A stretch of DNA of 64,000 nucleotides from the human T2T-CHM13v2.0 reference genome, Homo sapiens. The translations under genes and the position numbers were made by a program. Each line of letters begins with the position of its first letter. Position 1 is the first letter of the stretch. This document shows, piece by piece, positions 16,735 through 31,406 of this stretch. The notes beneath the pieces are model-generated. The model searched no databases and was not told the DNA's origin. It saw only the letters and a program-made list of their open reading frames with translations. The stretch is taken from assembly GCF_009914755.1 (NCBI RefSeq), contig NC_060929.1, one strand, 5' to 3'.

Positions 16735-19700
16735 TCCACTCTTGTGTTCCAAGCTTCACAGGGCTTTGGGGGAGAGGCCACCCCCTTGGGCCAGGTTACC
16801 ATGACAACCACTGCAGGTGCACACCTCCAATCTCCTCTGTTCCCTCACCCCCACCCCCACACACATAGCCACTCTGCCCAATTCCGGGGAGACACTGCTT
16901 CTCAGGGGAATCTCCCCACCCCCCAGCCTCCAGGCTATCTCGCCTGTCCCTTGTCTGCCTTCTCAGGAAGCCCCTGGGCTGAGGAGAGGGCCAAGGAACA
17001 AGGTGAGGCCCTGTGAAAAGATTACCCCTCAAATCCAGCTTCCTCTAGGGGCTTAGTGCTAATGAGTTAATATTGCCATCACCTTTGATTTGGGAAGACG
17101 GAGGCTTCCGAAGGAGCCTCCCTGGGTAGAGCATGGGTAATCAAAGGGTCAGGAGCCCCTGTGGCTTTGCCTCCTTCCCAGCCAGAGGAGGATCCCTGGC
17201 TCTTTCTATAAGGGCGGCCTGGCCAGCCCAGCCTGGGGCATTTCCTGTTTATGGGCTTAGAAGGACAAGGGGAGGAGATCTGGGGATGAGAGTGAGTTGT
17301 AGGGACATTGGTGGTACCAGCAGGCCCTGGGAAATCCTTATGACTCAGCTGCTCTTGGTGGGTCCCTGCACTCTACTCACTGTGGCCCCGGACCTGAATT
17401 TCAGGTTTCCCCTTGCCCTTGCCAAGGACACACTCTGTCCTTGACTCCCTATTCCAGGTTTGCCCTCCTCCTACCCAAAGCCCCTGCCTCTGGTGCCTCT
17501 GGGCACCTGAATCCCTTCCCCTAAAGTCCATGCCTCCTGGTTCTAGCTCCATCTGCTTCCATCCCAGGTCTCTCCTCTTCCCCATTGTCCCTCCCAACCC
17601 ATCCCACCCACTCTCTTCACCATCTAACCCTCTTTCCCCCTTTTCACCACAGTTCTCACCTACAGCCCTACTCATCTGGAGCCTGCCCTCCTTCTCCCTC
17701 CCTTATCTTGCTCTGGCTACAGAATCTCTAAGCAGAATTCCTTCCATTCACTCATTCATGCAACAAATATTTTCGGTGGTGGTAAATAAGTTAAACAACG
17801 TTCTGGCCTCCTGCAAACTTTTATTCTAGTGGGAAGAGGCAGAAATTGAAGGCTCAAAAAGATTAAATAATCATAGATTGGAATACGGTCAAGGAAAGGG
17901 ACAAGGGGGGCCTGTGACCAAGATTGAAAGGGACACCTTCTATTCCCTTACTTAGATATGTTGTCAGGAAAGGGTCATAGGCAGCAGCCCTACAGGAACT
18001 ACCCTAAGACAGAGGTTTGACAGAGACAGTCCCCCAGCTCATCTGCAAGCAGGGGGCATGGAAGCCACTAGACTCGGATGCTGTCCCCCTCATTCCCACC
18101 TGTTCTGCTGGACACCTTCCTCCTTAGTCAACCGTGACAGAGACATAAATTCGGGAGACCTCGACCTCCTCCCTACCACCCCAACCTCTGCCTCTGCTCC
18201 CAACCCACCAGCTTTTTCCAGCTACTGGGGTCTCCTGATAAGGCAGAGGGAATGAGGGTTAAGGGTACCAGTCCTTGGGAGTCATGCCTTTTTTTGTCCC
18301 TACGGAGGGGGGGACATTGAACACAGGGGCAAAAAAAAGACATGACTGTGTAAACATACAGCCTAAAAGCCGTAGGAACCACTACAGCTATAAGAAATGA
18401 AATATACATGTGCTGGGAAGGTTTTGGAGGGATCTTGGCCAGGAAAGGGTTCACGAGAGCAGCTTTCCTGAGTGTAGCATTTTGAGGGTTGGGGGGTAAG
18501 GAGGGCATTGGGCATATGGAACAGCTCCAAGCCACATGGAGTCAAGCGCATATGCACAAACACAGCTCAGGGACTTTGCCCTTCCCAGCGCTGCAGCCCC
18601 ATGAAATATTTAGGTTTCTGGACGCTGCTCATCCCTTATTGTCCCCCTCAGCAAGTACGCTTCCCCTACATCATTTATGGCTGTCCCCTTTCCTCCCCTC
18701 TGAGGCCTGCAGAGAAGGGAAAAACAGACCCTAAACTGAAGAAGTGTGTCCCTCCAGACCTTGTGGGCAGAGGGCAGGATCCCAGCCTCATCCCCTACAC
18801 GGGGACACCATAGTGAGTAGCCCTGGGAGCCAGGCAAGGGGGATGGGTCCAGGAACTGAGAGGCAATTTGGGCCCCCAAGAATGGAGAAGCAGTGGCAGG
18901 AGGAGGGGATTGGAAGATGCAGCTGTTCTGGCTCCAGAAGGACCCCGGAGAAAGGACAAGAGTCTGGAGTGATGATAAAAGCTGCCATTTATTGAGCCCT
19001 TACAATATACCATGCTAAGCAACTTACGTGCATTCTCACCTTAAATCCACACTGCATTTTTGGAATGTATTATCCTCATCTCATAGTTAGAAAAAGTGAT
19101 GCACAGAGAGGTTAAGTAACTTGTCTGAGACAGTCAGCCCGTCCAGCTCCAGACCAAACTCACACACACACACACACCCTGACCTGTGTGGGTATGTGGA
19201 GGGGAGTCGTGCCAGGCCAGCGTCCACCCTACTCTCTCTTTCTCCCCAAAGACAGGGCTCCTTTCAGTATAATCCCCTCCCCCTGCTCCTCCTCCACTCA
19301 CCAGTGGATTGGCCTAGATTAGCAATCCTATATCCTTTATCTGTTCCATACACAAATATTGGTGGCCAGAGGTCAGGAGACTCCCAGGAAGGGGAGAAAG
19401 GAAGGTGAGGAGCTAGACAGGGTGACCAGGAGAGAGTGAGAGTGAGAGCTAGAGCTAGAGACAGAGATACATGGAGACAGACGAGAAGGGGCAGAGTAAA
19501 AAGCAAGTGGGCGTGAAGGGGTGCTAGTGGCAGCTGGGAGGCTGTTAGAGAGACCCATCAGCCTGTATAGTCACAGCCCACCCCATCCACTGGGTGGCGA
19601 TAGGATGGATGGCAGGTGGTAGAAGGAACTCCCACCCCCACCTTCACCCAGCTTTGTCTCCACCCACCCTCCCCCTTCACACCCCTGCTTCTCCTTCCCC

Positions 19701-20630
19701 TCCCCCACTGTCTTCTCCGGAACAATTCTGATTAGACTAAGTGACTAAGAGGTGGTTTCGGCCCGAACAGCCAATTAGGCCAGGAAGAAGAGAAAGTAGC
19801 TTCCCCAAGTCTTCCACCCCTACCCACCCACCCCCATCTGCCTTTTTCACCTAGACCAAGTATTCCTATCCCAAGACTACAGACTGTCAAGAAAGTTCCC
19901 TTGATTCTGCCCACTCCTTACTGCCCACTGTGCCCCGTTACCTGTGTCCAGACAGCCCCTAATCTACTGCTTAGTCCCCACCCTGAGCTCCTCCGTCCTC
20001 AGGGCCCGAATCCACTCACGTCTTCCTGGCAGGGTTGTAAGGAAAGGGTAGGGCTCTCCTTGGGAGGTTATCTTTCTAAGTCTCTTTATTTCTCTTTCTC
20101 CCTTCTCCCTCTCCCTCTCTCTCTCCTCTTCCTCTGGCACTTATTTCTAACATCCGTGGACCAGGCCTACTGGTTGCCATGGAGACGCACGGTGCAGCTG
20201 GATGGTGAGTGTGTGTGAGAGGAGCTGTGTGCGCTCTGCAGCAGGGGCGGGCGGCTGTGTGTGAAATGTATCCATGTTACAGGAAGCATTCTTTGAGGGG
20301 GAATCAGACAGGGATCCAGGCCGCCTCCTTGAAGTGAGACCCAGGCCAAGGGGGAAACTCTAAAAGGCCTAAGCCCCTAAACCCCTTGGTCATCTTCATC
20401 TGGGAAACATCCACCCCTTGGCCCCTGCAGGTCAGATACTAAATTCTGTTTCATCCAGGATCTGTAATGGCAGATTCTGGAGGGGCCCTAACCTGCCCCG
20501 CCTGCCCAAGAGGACTAGGAACCCCAGAACCCACTGGGAAAATAGCGGGCTGAGACCTGTCCTGAAACTGGGAGGGGGGTTGGGGGCAGCTATAGAACAG
20601 GTGGAAGATTAAGCTGGACAGATGGGCTGA

Positions 20631-21313
<683 letters not shown>

Positions 21314-21639
21314 AACTCCCCTCCATTTCTACTCACTTTGCCCAGAAGGTTAGAAGAAAAGAAACCCAGGTAACTGCCCTGAGGAATCTTAGCATCTTAG
21401 AGTACTGTGGCTATGCTCTTTTCTCCCACCTCAGGGCCTTTGAAGGCAATTTCCCTGCAGTTTCCTTGTATCTGGAATGTTCTTTGCCAAGCTCTAAAAC
21501 TTCAGGGTTATTTTTTTTTTTCTCTTTTTTGAGACAGGGTCTCACCTTGTTGCCCAGGCTGGAGTACACTGGCCAACCTTCAGGTTTCCTCAGGGAAGCT
21601 TCCCTGGCTGGGTAAAGCAGCCCCCTCCCCTCCCCCACC

Positions 21640-22960
<1,321 letters not shown>

Positions 22961-23269
22961 GACAGGATTCTGGTACCCAGTCGGCCACCACATCTCCTCC
23001 AACTTCCTTAACTCCAGACATCTTTTCCTGGGCTAGGCCTTAACAGAAGGAACTCCTCACCCTTCACTGTGGGGTCAAGTCAGGGGTGGAGACAATGCGG
23101 GCCCCTCCCCCGCTGATTCAGCGCCTCTCCTAATGAGGTGAGGCCTCAGGTTTAGGAAGGGTTGCCACACCCACTGGTAGGGGGAGGGTCTGTGATTCTG
23201 TAACTGGAGGATAGGTAGGGGGCTTCGGTTGTAGACTGAGTAGGGAGCTGACCTAAGCCGGTAGATTCA

Positions 23270-24860
23270 AGTACTGCCCGAGAGATCTCTGCCTTTCCGC
23301 CCCACACCCCAGTCACCCCGCGCCAGGCTCTCGGCGCGTCAGATCCCGGCCCTGCGTTCTTCATCTCCTGCCCCGCCACGCCCCCAACTGCAGATCCAAC
23401 TCGGGTCTCTCCGAAAGCAGCAAGGAGCCTCGGGGTGGGCTCTATGCCCCGTGATGCTCCGCGTCTGGGAACGGATGAAGGGGTGCCAGCAACCCCCGCC
23501 GTCCCCGCTGTCGATCCGGGTTTACACGAGGCTCATCCGGGATTAGTCCCTGCGGTCGGCTAATCCCAGCGGCTGGACCGACCCCGGGGTCCGGAGCGAG
23601 GCCCACACAGTACCGGCCTAGGGAGCTAGGGCGCGGGTCGAGCAAAAGCGCGCGACGCTGGGCGGGTGTGGGGGTGGGGAGGGGCGGAGGAGGGAGCAAC
23701 GCCCCGGGAGGCGGGGCCAGGAACCGGCTGATCCGGTCTCTGTTTTCCGACCTCTCCGGAGCGGGTGTTTACCCGGGAGCCGGACGGAGGAGGCCGGGGC
23801 CGGTCGAGCCCGGAAGGGGGGAGGGGAGCGCAGTCGGAGACCGAGGCTGAGACCTTTTCGGTTCCTTTCCCCTAAATCGACTTCCAACCCTCGTTCCTGA
23901 GCGTGGGAGAACGCGGCAGACAGACAGATGTCTCCCGCCCCTTATCCTATCCAGTTCCGCAATTCACACTCGTTGCCAAAGAGTGGGGAGCGGGAATGGA
24001 TACACCCGGGAACGACTGCACGTCCTGGGGGCGCCCGGGGAAGAAGGCAGCGCAGCACAAAACCTCTCCTGCGGTCACCTCCCACCCCATCCTGCACCTG
24101 AGTTCTTGCGGGGAGGGGGTGCCCACAGCAGGTCGGGCCCAGAGGATCCGGCAGGGGTCACTTTGAGGTGTACGGACTAGGAGTCTATCCTCAGAACGCG
24201 TCAGCTCGACCCCATCCCCGATTAATACCAGTGCGGGTCTCAGTCTCTTGTCCCTCGCGTCCCCCAGCCCTCTCCAAGGCCTCCAGATTTAGCTCCCACT
24301 CTCCACGGGACGCAGGCCCGAGGACCCGGAAGAAGCTGAGTGGGGTCCGGTTTTCACACTTTTATTGTAAAGCTCGGGAATAATTACACGGGTCTTTCAT
24401 TGACAGCTCAGCAAACAAACCGGAAACGAACCGAACCGGAGGGGGTAGGGGCGGTGCCTGCGCATGCTCGCGGCGGGGTGGGGGGGGGGGTGGGGGTGGG
24501 GGTGGGGGGGTCAGAGAAAGAGAAAGACAGAAAGAGACAGAAATCATTACAAATCAACGGGATTGTGCTCGCAGCGCCAGGGATGGGGTGGGGTGGGGCG
24601 GGGCGGGGGCCCTTCCCGGGAGGAGCGAGGCAGTGGGAAGTGGCACGAACCAAGAGAAACACGACCCCAATGTGGGCACCCGACGCGCCCAAAACCCCCC
24701 ACCCCGACCCCCACCCCCCTACACACGAGAGAGACACGGCCCCCCTCCCCACTAGATAACCCGAGGAGACACAGTCTCCCCTCCCCATGGGCAGACACAC
24801 CCGCCCGAAACCCCATGGGCGGGACACAGTCCCCCCTCCCAGAGAAGTCCCCAGTGGAGA
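23270..24860. promoter_or_regulatory. CpG island downstream of PCDH1
   Basis: Dense CpGs, GC boxes, ETS-like CCGGAAG near 23810, NRF1-like TGCGCATGC near 24459. Confidence 0.75.
24340..24390 (-). terminator. Candidate distal poly(A) site (extended 3'UTR)
   Basis: AATAAA at 24366-24361 with upstream TGTA, in an AT-richer patch inside GC-rich sequence. Confidence 0.5.
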
Positions 24861-27039
24861 CGCCCCTTAAGAGACTTTCTCATGGCCAACACAAGCCCTC
24901 CCAACACCCGGAGACAGCCCCGACCCAGGGAAGAAATGGCTCCAGAGGCCCTACCCTCGGGAGAGAGAGGTATCCCAGGGCTCCTAGGAGAAAAGACAAC
25001 TCAGAGATGCCCAGCCTCATCCTAAAGTGCTGCAGGGCAGAGAAACCCCCATAGGAGAGATGGGGGTAGGGCCAGAAACATCCCTTCCCAGACGTGTTTC
25101 AGAGATAGCCCCCTTCCCTGGGAAGAGAGATGGCCCGAAACTGACTTGCCTTAAGTACTCCCAGGAACCCTGGGAGGAAAACAGGCTCCCCAGAGAGCCT
25201 GGGTAATTGGGGGAGACATGCTCCCGTGGTCCTCAGCGGGAACACATGTCCCCCGGAGACTCCCAAGGGGAGAGATAGGGCCTAGAGAGACCCCAGAGGT
25301 GAGGGATGCCCAGAGAACTTCCCCCCACCCCGGAATGTGAAACATGCTTCAAGGACCCTAGGAGAGAAATATGTCCCCATATACCCTCCCCCTACGGAGA
25401 GACATGCCCTGAAGTAGGGGGATGGGGACCGACTAGGTCCCCTCTGGGAAGACACAGACTGGGTCAGGCTGGGTTTGAGGGGGGCTCTCCTCTGGCCAAA
25501 TGTCGCCTATTGGTACATAAAACTGTACGCGACACAGGCATTGGGGAGGGGCTTCACAGACCTAGGACCCACAGGGATAGTCCCCAGTGCTGTCGCCAAC
25601 CCCTGCCCACCTTTGGTTTCATCTCTCCAGTGCCCAGTTGGTGACAGACTCAGTGCCCTGGCCCCAACCAGGGGGCTGGGGGCTCTGTCTTTGCCTGTGG
25701 GAAGGGCTTCTCAGCTCTCCCAGCCATCTGGGCCACCCTCTTTCTTCTGGCTTCTCCATTGTGCAAAATGCTCCTCTGCTCTTCTGCTCAGTGCTCAGGG
25801 GTCTCTAAGACCAGGGCAAGGTACCCAGGCCACTAGGGGCTTCCAGTGGGAGTCCACTGACCCCAGGAATGCCGCCTGTCTGGACCACCTTCTCCACCAA
25901 GCAAATGGGCCTCATACAATCTTCTTGCCCGAATCCTGACCTCCAGGACCCAGGACAATCCTTGAGGCCACTGTTCCACCAGCTGGGCACCCAATACTAC
26001 CAACTCCAAGACTATTGCACCTGCCCCATTTGTGCAGGGGAAAGGGGCTGTCTCTTTAACAAGCCCCAAGCCCATCTCCTGGGCCTCCCCAAGGGAAAGG
26101 AGCCTTTGGCCAACCCCTAGACCTGGCTGCTGCCACCCCATCCCATTCTACCCCTTCCCCTCTGTAGAAGGGCTTCGTATGCCAGGGCTACCAGCCTAAC
26201 AATGCTCTCCTTCCTAGCACTGTCACCCCAAGCCAAGTTGGGGGTAAGGGGCAGATAAATAGGGTGATTCTTCAGGCCCCTGGCTTTTCCGGGGTGGGGG
26301 TGGGGTCTCTGGGGTACAAGAGTCAAGACCCCAGCAGCACAGCTCCCAAAGGCACCAGACGACCCCGCAGCCTGTACCCACCCCTCGCAATCTTGGACCA
26401 CCTCCCCAAGCTTAGACTAAGTCAAGCAAGGGCCATACCCTGAGTCTCCAGCCTCCCAGCCTGGGCCCCTAGGGAGCTGGAGAGGTATGGGCCAAGGCAG
26501 TGGGGGTTTCTGGAAGGAAGAGGGGCTGAGGCTTTGAGATGGCCACAGTGGGAGACGGGGGCTCTGCAGGACGCCCCTTACACCCTGGCCCCCTGAGGTG
26601 AAGAAGAGAACTTCACCTCATCATGGCTGACTGGGCTTCTCTGCCCCCCAACCTCCCTACCCCCTCCCCCATGGGACCCCTGACCCTGACAAAGGGAAGC
26701 CCAACTGGAAGAAGGGGGCCTGGAGCCCAGGGTGCCCTGAGGCAGCCCTCCCACCCCCTGAGATCAAGGCAATGGTGGTTTTACAGGCTGACGGGTCAGT
26801 CATGGCAGGGGCTGGGGGTTGAGAGGGCAGGGAGGGGGCAGGATGCAGGCCCCCTATATCGGGAGCAGCACCCAGCCACCCCCTGAGCAAACCTTCCTGC
26901 TCCCAACTCACCCAACCAGGCCAGAGGCACAGTCATCCCACCCCTGTCCAGCTGCCCCCCACAGCCTCAGGGCCCCTCTGTGATGCTCATCTGGATGTGG
27001 GAGGCCAGCCTGAGCGGGGATCCCCCCAGGGCACAGCGC

Positions 27040-27090
27040 AACAGTTCCAAAAAAATAGAGATTTGTATTTTTAAGAAAAATTAAATAAAA
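27040..27090 (-). terminator. Proximal poly(A) region of the long isoform (variant hexamer AATACA)
   Basis: AATACA at 27069-27064 in an AU-rich patch with upstream ATTTA and a downstream U tract. Confidence 0.6.
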
Positions 27091-27996
27091 GCCCAGCTCT
27101 GCTGATAGGCAAATGTTACCCCCGTCCCCACCCCCACCCACCCGTTGTTTCCCTGGCCTGCACCCCCATCCCACCATGGCCCCAGGGGTATTTACAACAT
27201 GGAACAATAGAGGCCTGGGTTGGGGGGCACTGCGGCAGGGAGGAGGGGGCACAGGGCAGGTCCCCCCCCAGAGGGGTCCCCCAAGACAACACGACATCAA
27301 CAAGAAAAGTTGCAAATCAGGCAGAAATGGGGACGTCATTCCAAGGTCCTTATATACAGACACTGCATGACCAGCAGGGAATGGGGGCCCAGATGGGACT
27401 AGGCGTGGGCATGTGGCAGGCAGGTGGGCCAGTCCAGGAGCAGCACGGGAAAACAAGGCCTCCGCTCCACTCCCACCCCCGTCCCTACCCCACCTTTGGT
27501 AACAAAAGCCCTTCAGGGAGCCACTGGTGGTCAAGAGTTTCCTCTGGGAGCTCCCAGGGAAAGGGGCTCCCCAGTTCAGCCCTGCTTCAGGGCTAAAATT
27601 GGGCATGCTATCCCCGCCCTGGTCGGCCATGAGGGAAACAATGAGTTAGAAGTACGCTGCCCACCCTTGACTCCACCATCTGCCCAAATCGAGGGGGTGC
27701 TCCCTGGAAGTCAAGGGAAGGAGCCCAGTCATTGCAGAGGAGCCCTCTTGGGCATCAGCTGGGGGAAGCCCCATAAAGGGGAAGGGGCCCCTGGGGGCTG
27801 GGAGATGGAAATGAGGGGAGAGGACCTGGACCCTGCATGGGAGAAGGGCCAGCGTGGTCATGAGGTCAGTGATACCCCCACTTGGGGCCCTGGCCAGGAA
27901 GTCCACGCTGAAGGGGTGGAGAGTGAGGCCCTGGAATGGGCCATTTGGGAGCTGGCCGGCGGCTGGGGGAGGGGGGCCGGCCGGCCAGTAGGGGGC

Positions 27997-28391
27997 TCAC
28001 AGGTAGATCTCGCGCTTGGCCGTCTGGGCAGATGCCGGTGTGGCTGCGGGTGGGAAGTCCGAGGTCTGGGTCAGGGGGATTTCCTCCAAGGTGGCCGAGT
28101 CCTTGCAGGAATCATGGCTACTGTGGGAGAAGGCACTGTAGGAGGGCAGGAGGCGCACGGGGGCCGTTTTGGTGTTCCGGTCTTCCGGGGGGCTGGGGCT
28201 GCCGGCGCCCGCAGGCTCCTGCCCTCCTCGGTCCTGGTAAGGCACGAAGGTGGAGAGTTTGAGGGCGCTGCTCTTGGTCCGGCGGCTGGGAGATGACTGG
28301 CCAGGCATCCAGCATGTGTCAGAGTGGCCAAACTCACTGCACTCCCGGGTACATGTGCCTGTCATGGCGACATCAGGCAAAGGGCGAAGGT
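27997..28391 (-). CDS. PCDH1: PCDH1 exon 5 coding part (395 nt): CM2 motif (CSEFGHSDTCWMP), WIRS-like LSTF, C-terminal REIYL; long isoform 1237 aa
   Basis: Acceptor cctacag| at 28392; G+AC = Asp; total CDS 3714 nt = 1237 aa plus stop. Confidence 0.96.
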
Positions 28392-28518
28392 CTGTAGGAG
28401 GGAGCGGGGAAGGACAATTGTCAGACATACAGCCTCTGCAAAGCTCTGCTTCATGGCCTCCCACTGGCATCTACACCCCACCTCAGGACAGGAGTATGCG
28501 CCCCTTCCTGACCGCTGA

Positions 28519-29225
<707 letters not shown>

Positions 29226-30178
29226 TAAATAGACACATTCCTTCCAGCGTCACCTACCCCCCAGTGCTCTTCTTACACACCCACCAAATCTGCCCTCAGA
29301 CAGGTGCACAAACACACACTCATCTACACACTGCCTCATCTATCTCCAGACAGACTTAAATGTGCAAATCTATCCTCAGGTGGGGTTGAGGAAACCTCCA
29401 TCCTCATTGAATTGATTGACACAATCAACTCTCTCTCTCTCTCCCTCTCACACACACAGATAGGCATGGATACACAAATCTACTACAGTGGGCACCTCTA
29501 TCCTCAGATGAAATTGGGTACATTGCTTCCTTCAGAACCCCCTCAAGCTTCACATGCTCCCGGTGGTCCTGAACCCACCCTCCTCCTGCAAGACCTTGCT
29601 TTAAAGCCAGGGGGAAGGGACGAGCTTCTGTGTGGGGTATTCACATAGAGGCACACACTCACATCCACAAGCACGCTCATGCAGCCCCTCCCCACCTCAC
29701 TCTGGCCCCTAAACCAGCCACCACCCCTGGCCTTGCCCCAGCTCCCTGCCCAGAACACCCACGGGAACAGGAGTTGGCTGCCTGACATCAGCAGTAGCCG
29801 GTGTAGTTGCTGGGCAGCGGGGGTCTCCATGGGAACGGCTGGGCCATGAGTACTTCCTGTCACAGCTGTCCCTGTCCTGCCCTTGCTCAGGGACAGCACC
29901 AGGCAGTGACCCCCCCCCACCCCCAAGGGACATGGCTAAGCAACACTGCCTGGGACAGGGGCTCCCCTGGCACCACCCACTATGGCTTGGCCTCCTGCCA
30001 GTGCCAGGTGAGGAGGGGACAGCTCTGTTGTTAACCCTCAAAGTGCCAAGGCTCTACAGCTCAGAGCAGAGTTGGGGGACGCAACATGGCTCAGAGCAGA
30101 GCATGGGCACTGGGTGGGTGAGGCTGGGTGCTGGGCAGAGTCCCACAGACCCCAGACCCCAGAGCAGTTCCCACATAC

Positions 30179-30217
30179 CTGGCACTCTGCCTCAGGGCCT
30201 GCTCCGGCCAGCCGGCT
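30179..30217 (-). CDS. PCDH1: Candidate 39-nt cassette microexon in intron 4 encoding EPAGRSRP-stop
   Basis: Pyrimidine tract tctcatcctttttgtgcccgcgcag| and donor CAG|GTATGT; local CpG retention; phase fits exon 4. Confidence 0.55.
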
Positions 30218-30859
30218 CTGCGCGGGCACAAAAAGGATGAGACGGGCATGAGATCGCGCATGGAGGGGCGGGGTGGGGGTGGAGGACACTCTGAGACCTA
30301 GGGCCTGGGAGGTTAGACAAGGGCCCTGTGCCTGAGGCAGGGGAGTGAAACCTCCCATCTTTTGTGGAGCGAGGAGGCTTTGAGTTGAGGGAGTGGGTGG
30401 GACCCGAGGACAACTCCAACTTAGAGAGTCTTTCCATCTCAGGGGTTAGCTCGTTCACTCTCCCCCTCCACAGGCTGCCATGGACGACTTCACACATGCA
30501 CACGCACTGCACACACACTGACGGCACACCTCACCATCCATTCCCATGCCGACCTCTGCGCTGGCTCACACCTCCTTTTTGCCATCACCCTCCAAATCCC
30601 TCCCAGACAGGCCTTTCTCTTCACCAGACCTCCTACCGCGCTCTTCCTCAAAGAGGTGCCAAACCTTCTCCCACTCCTCACCCCAGCATATCGTCACTCC
30701 ATTCTCTGAGCCCCCTGTAGCATCCAGGGCCCAATCTCTATTCTCAAGGCCTTCCCAACCTTAGAGGACCACCACCCACCTTCTCAAGGTTTCCTCACCA
30801 TTACGTGAGCTTTCTGGCCACCACACTCAGGGTCCCTGTTCCCAGGTGGCCGTGTAAAC

Positions 30860-31110
30860 ATGGTGCCGAATGCAACAGCTTTGGAGTCAGAGAAACCTGG
30901 GTTTGAATCCCTCCCAGGTCTGTCACGTTCTAGATGTATGACTTTGGGCAAGTGACTTAACCTCTCTAAGCCTCAGTTTCCTCCACTGTAAAGTGGGTGC
31001 CATAAAGTTCTCAAATCACAGAGTGGTTCTGGGGATTAAATGCGTGTATACCTGAAAGCCCTCAGCACGGTGATGATGACTGAGCACATAATAACTCAAT
31101 ACATAGATGA
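30860..31110 (+). mobile_element. MIR SINE
   Basis: gggcaagtgacttaacctctctaagcctcagtttcctc core. Confidence 0.8.
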
Positions 31111-31186
31111 TTTGTTTAAGGCCTTGTCACCATTCCCAGGCTTCCACTCATTCCTGGGGTGCCCTGACCATGGTGCTGCGCCTCAC

Positions 31187-31406
31187 CATTCTCGGGGTGC
31201 TCCATCTCTCCTATGCTGCCATCAGGGGTGGTGCGCTCATAGTGATCCTCAGGCAGGGCCAGGGGACCGAGTCGAGGCCCTGAGGATGACTTGCTGGACG
31301 GCGTCTCAGACTCCTCCAGGCCACTGTCATAGTAACTGTGCTGGGATGGGTCCTGCAGCTCCTGGGCCTGGCTGGTGGCCGAGAAGGTGACGCGGCGGTG
31401 AGGTAA
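31187..31406 (-). CDS. PCDH1: PCDH1 exon 4 (220 nt): LPHRRVTFSATSQAQELQDPSQHSYYDSGLEES...GEMEHPEN, CM3 (PP1-binding RRVTF) and CM1 motifs
   Basis: Translated by hand (absent from the ORF track); acceptor ccctgcag| at 31407, donor G|GTGAGG at 31186; frame fits exons 3 and 5. Confidence 0.96.

Noticed and set aside
24720-25460. CRISPR-like repeat-spacer interpretation of the degenerate array
   Set aside because: Human DNA, repeats short and variable, no cas genes
27424-28296. 290-aa ORF antisense to exon 5
   Set aside because: GC-rich shadow of the coding exon and UTR; non-ATG start; no recognisable fold
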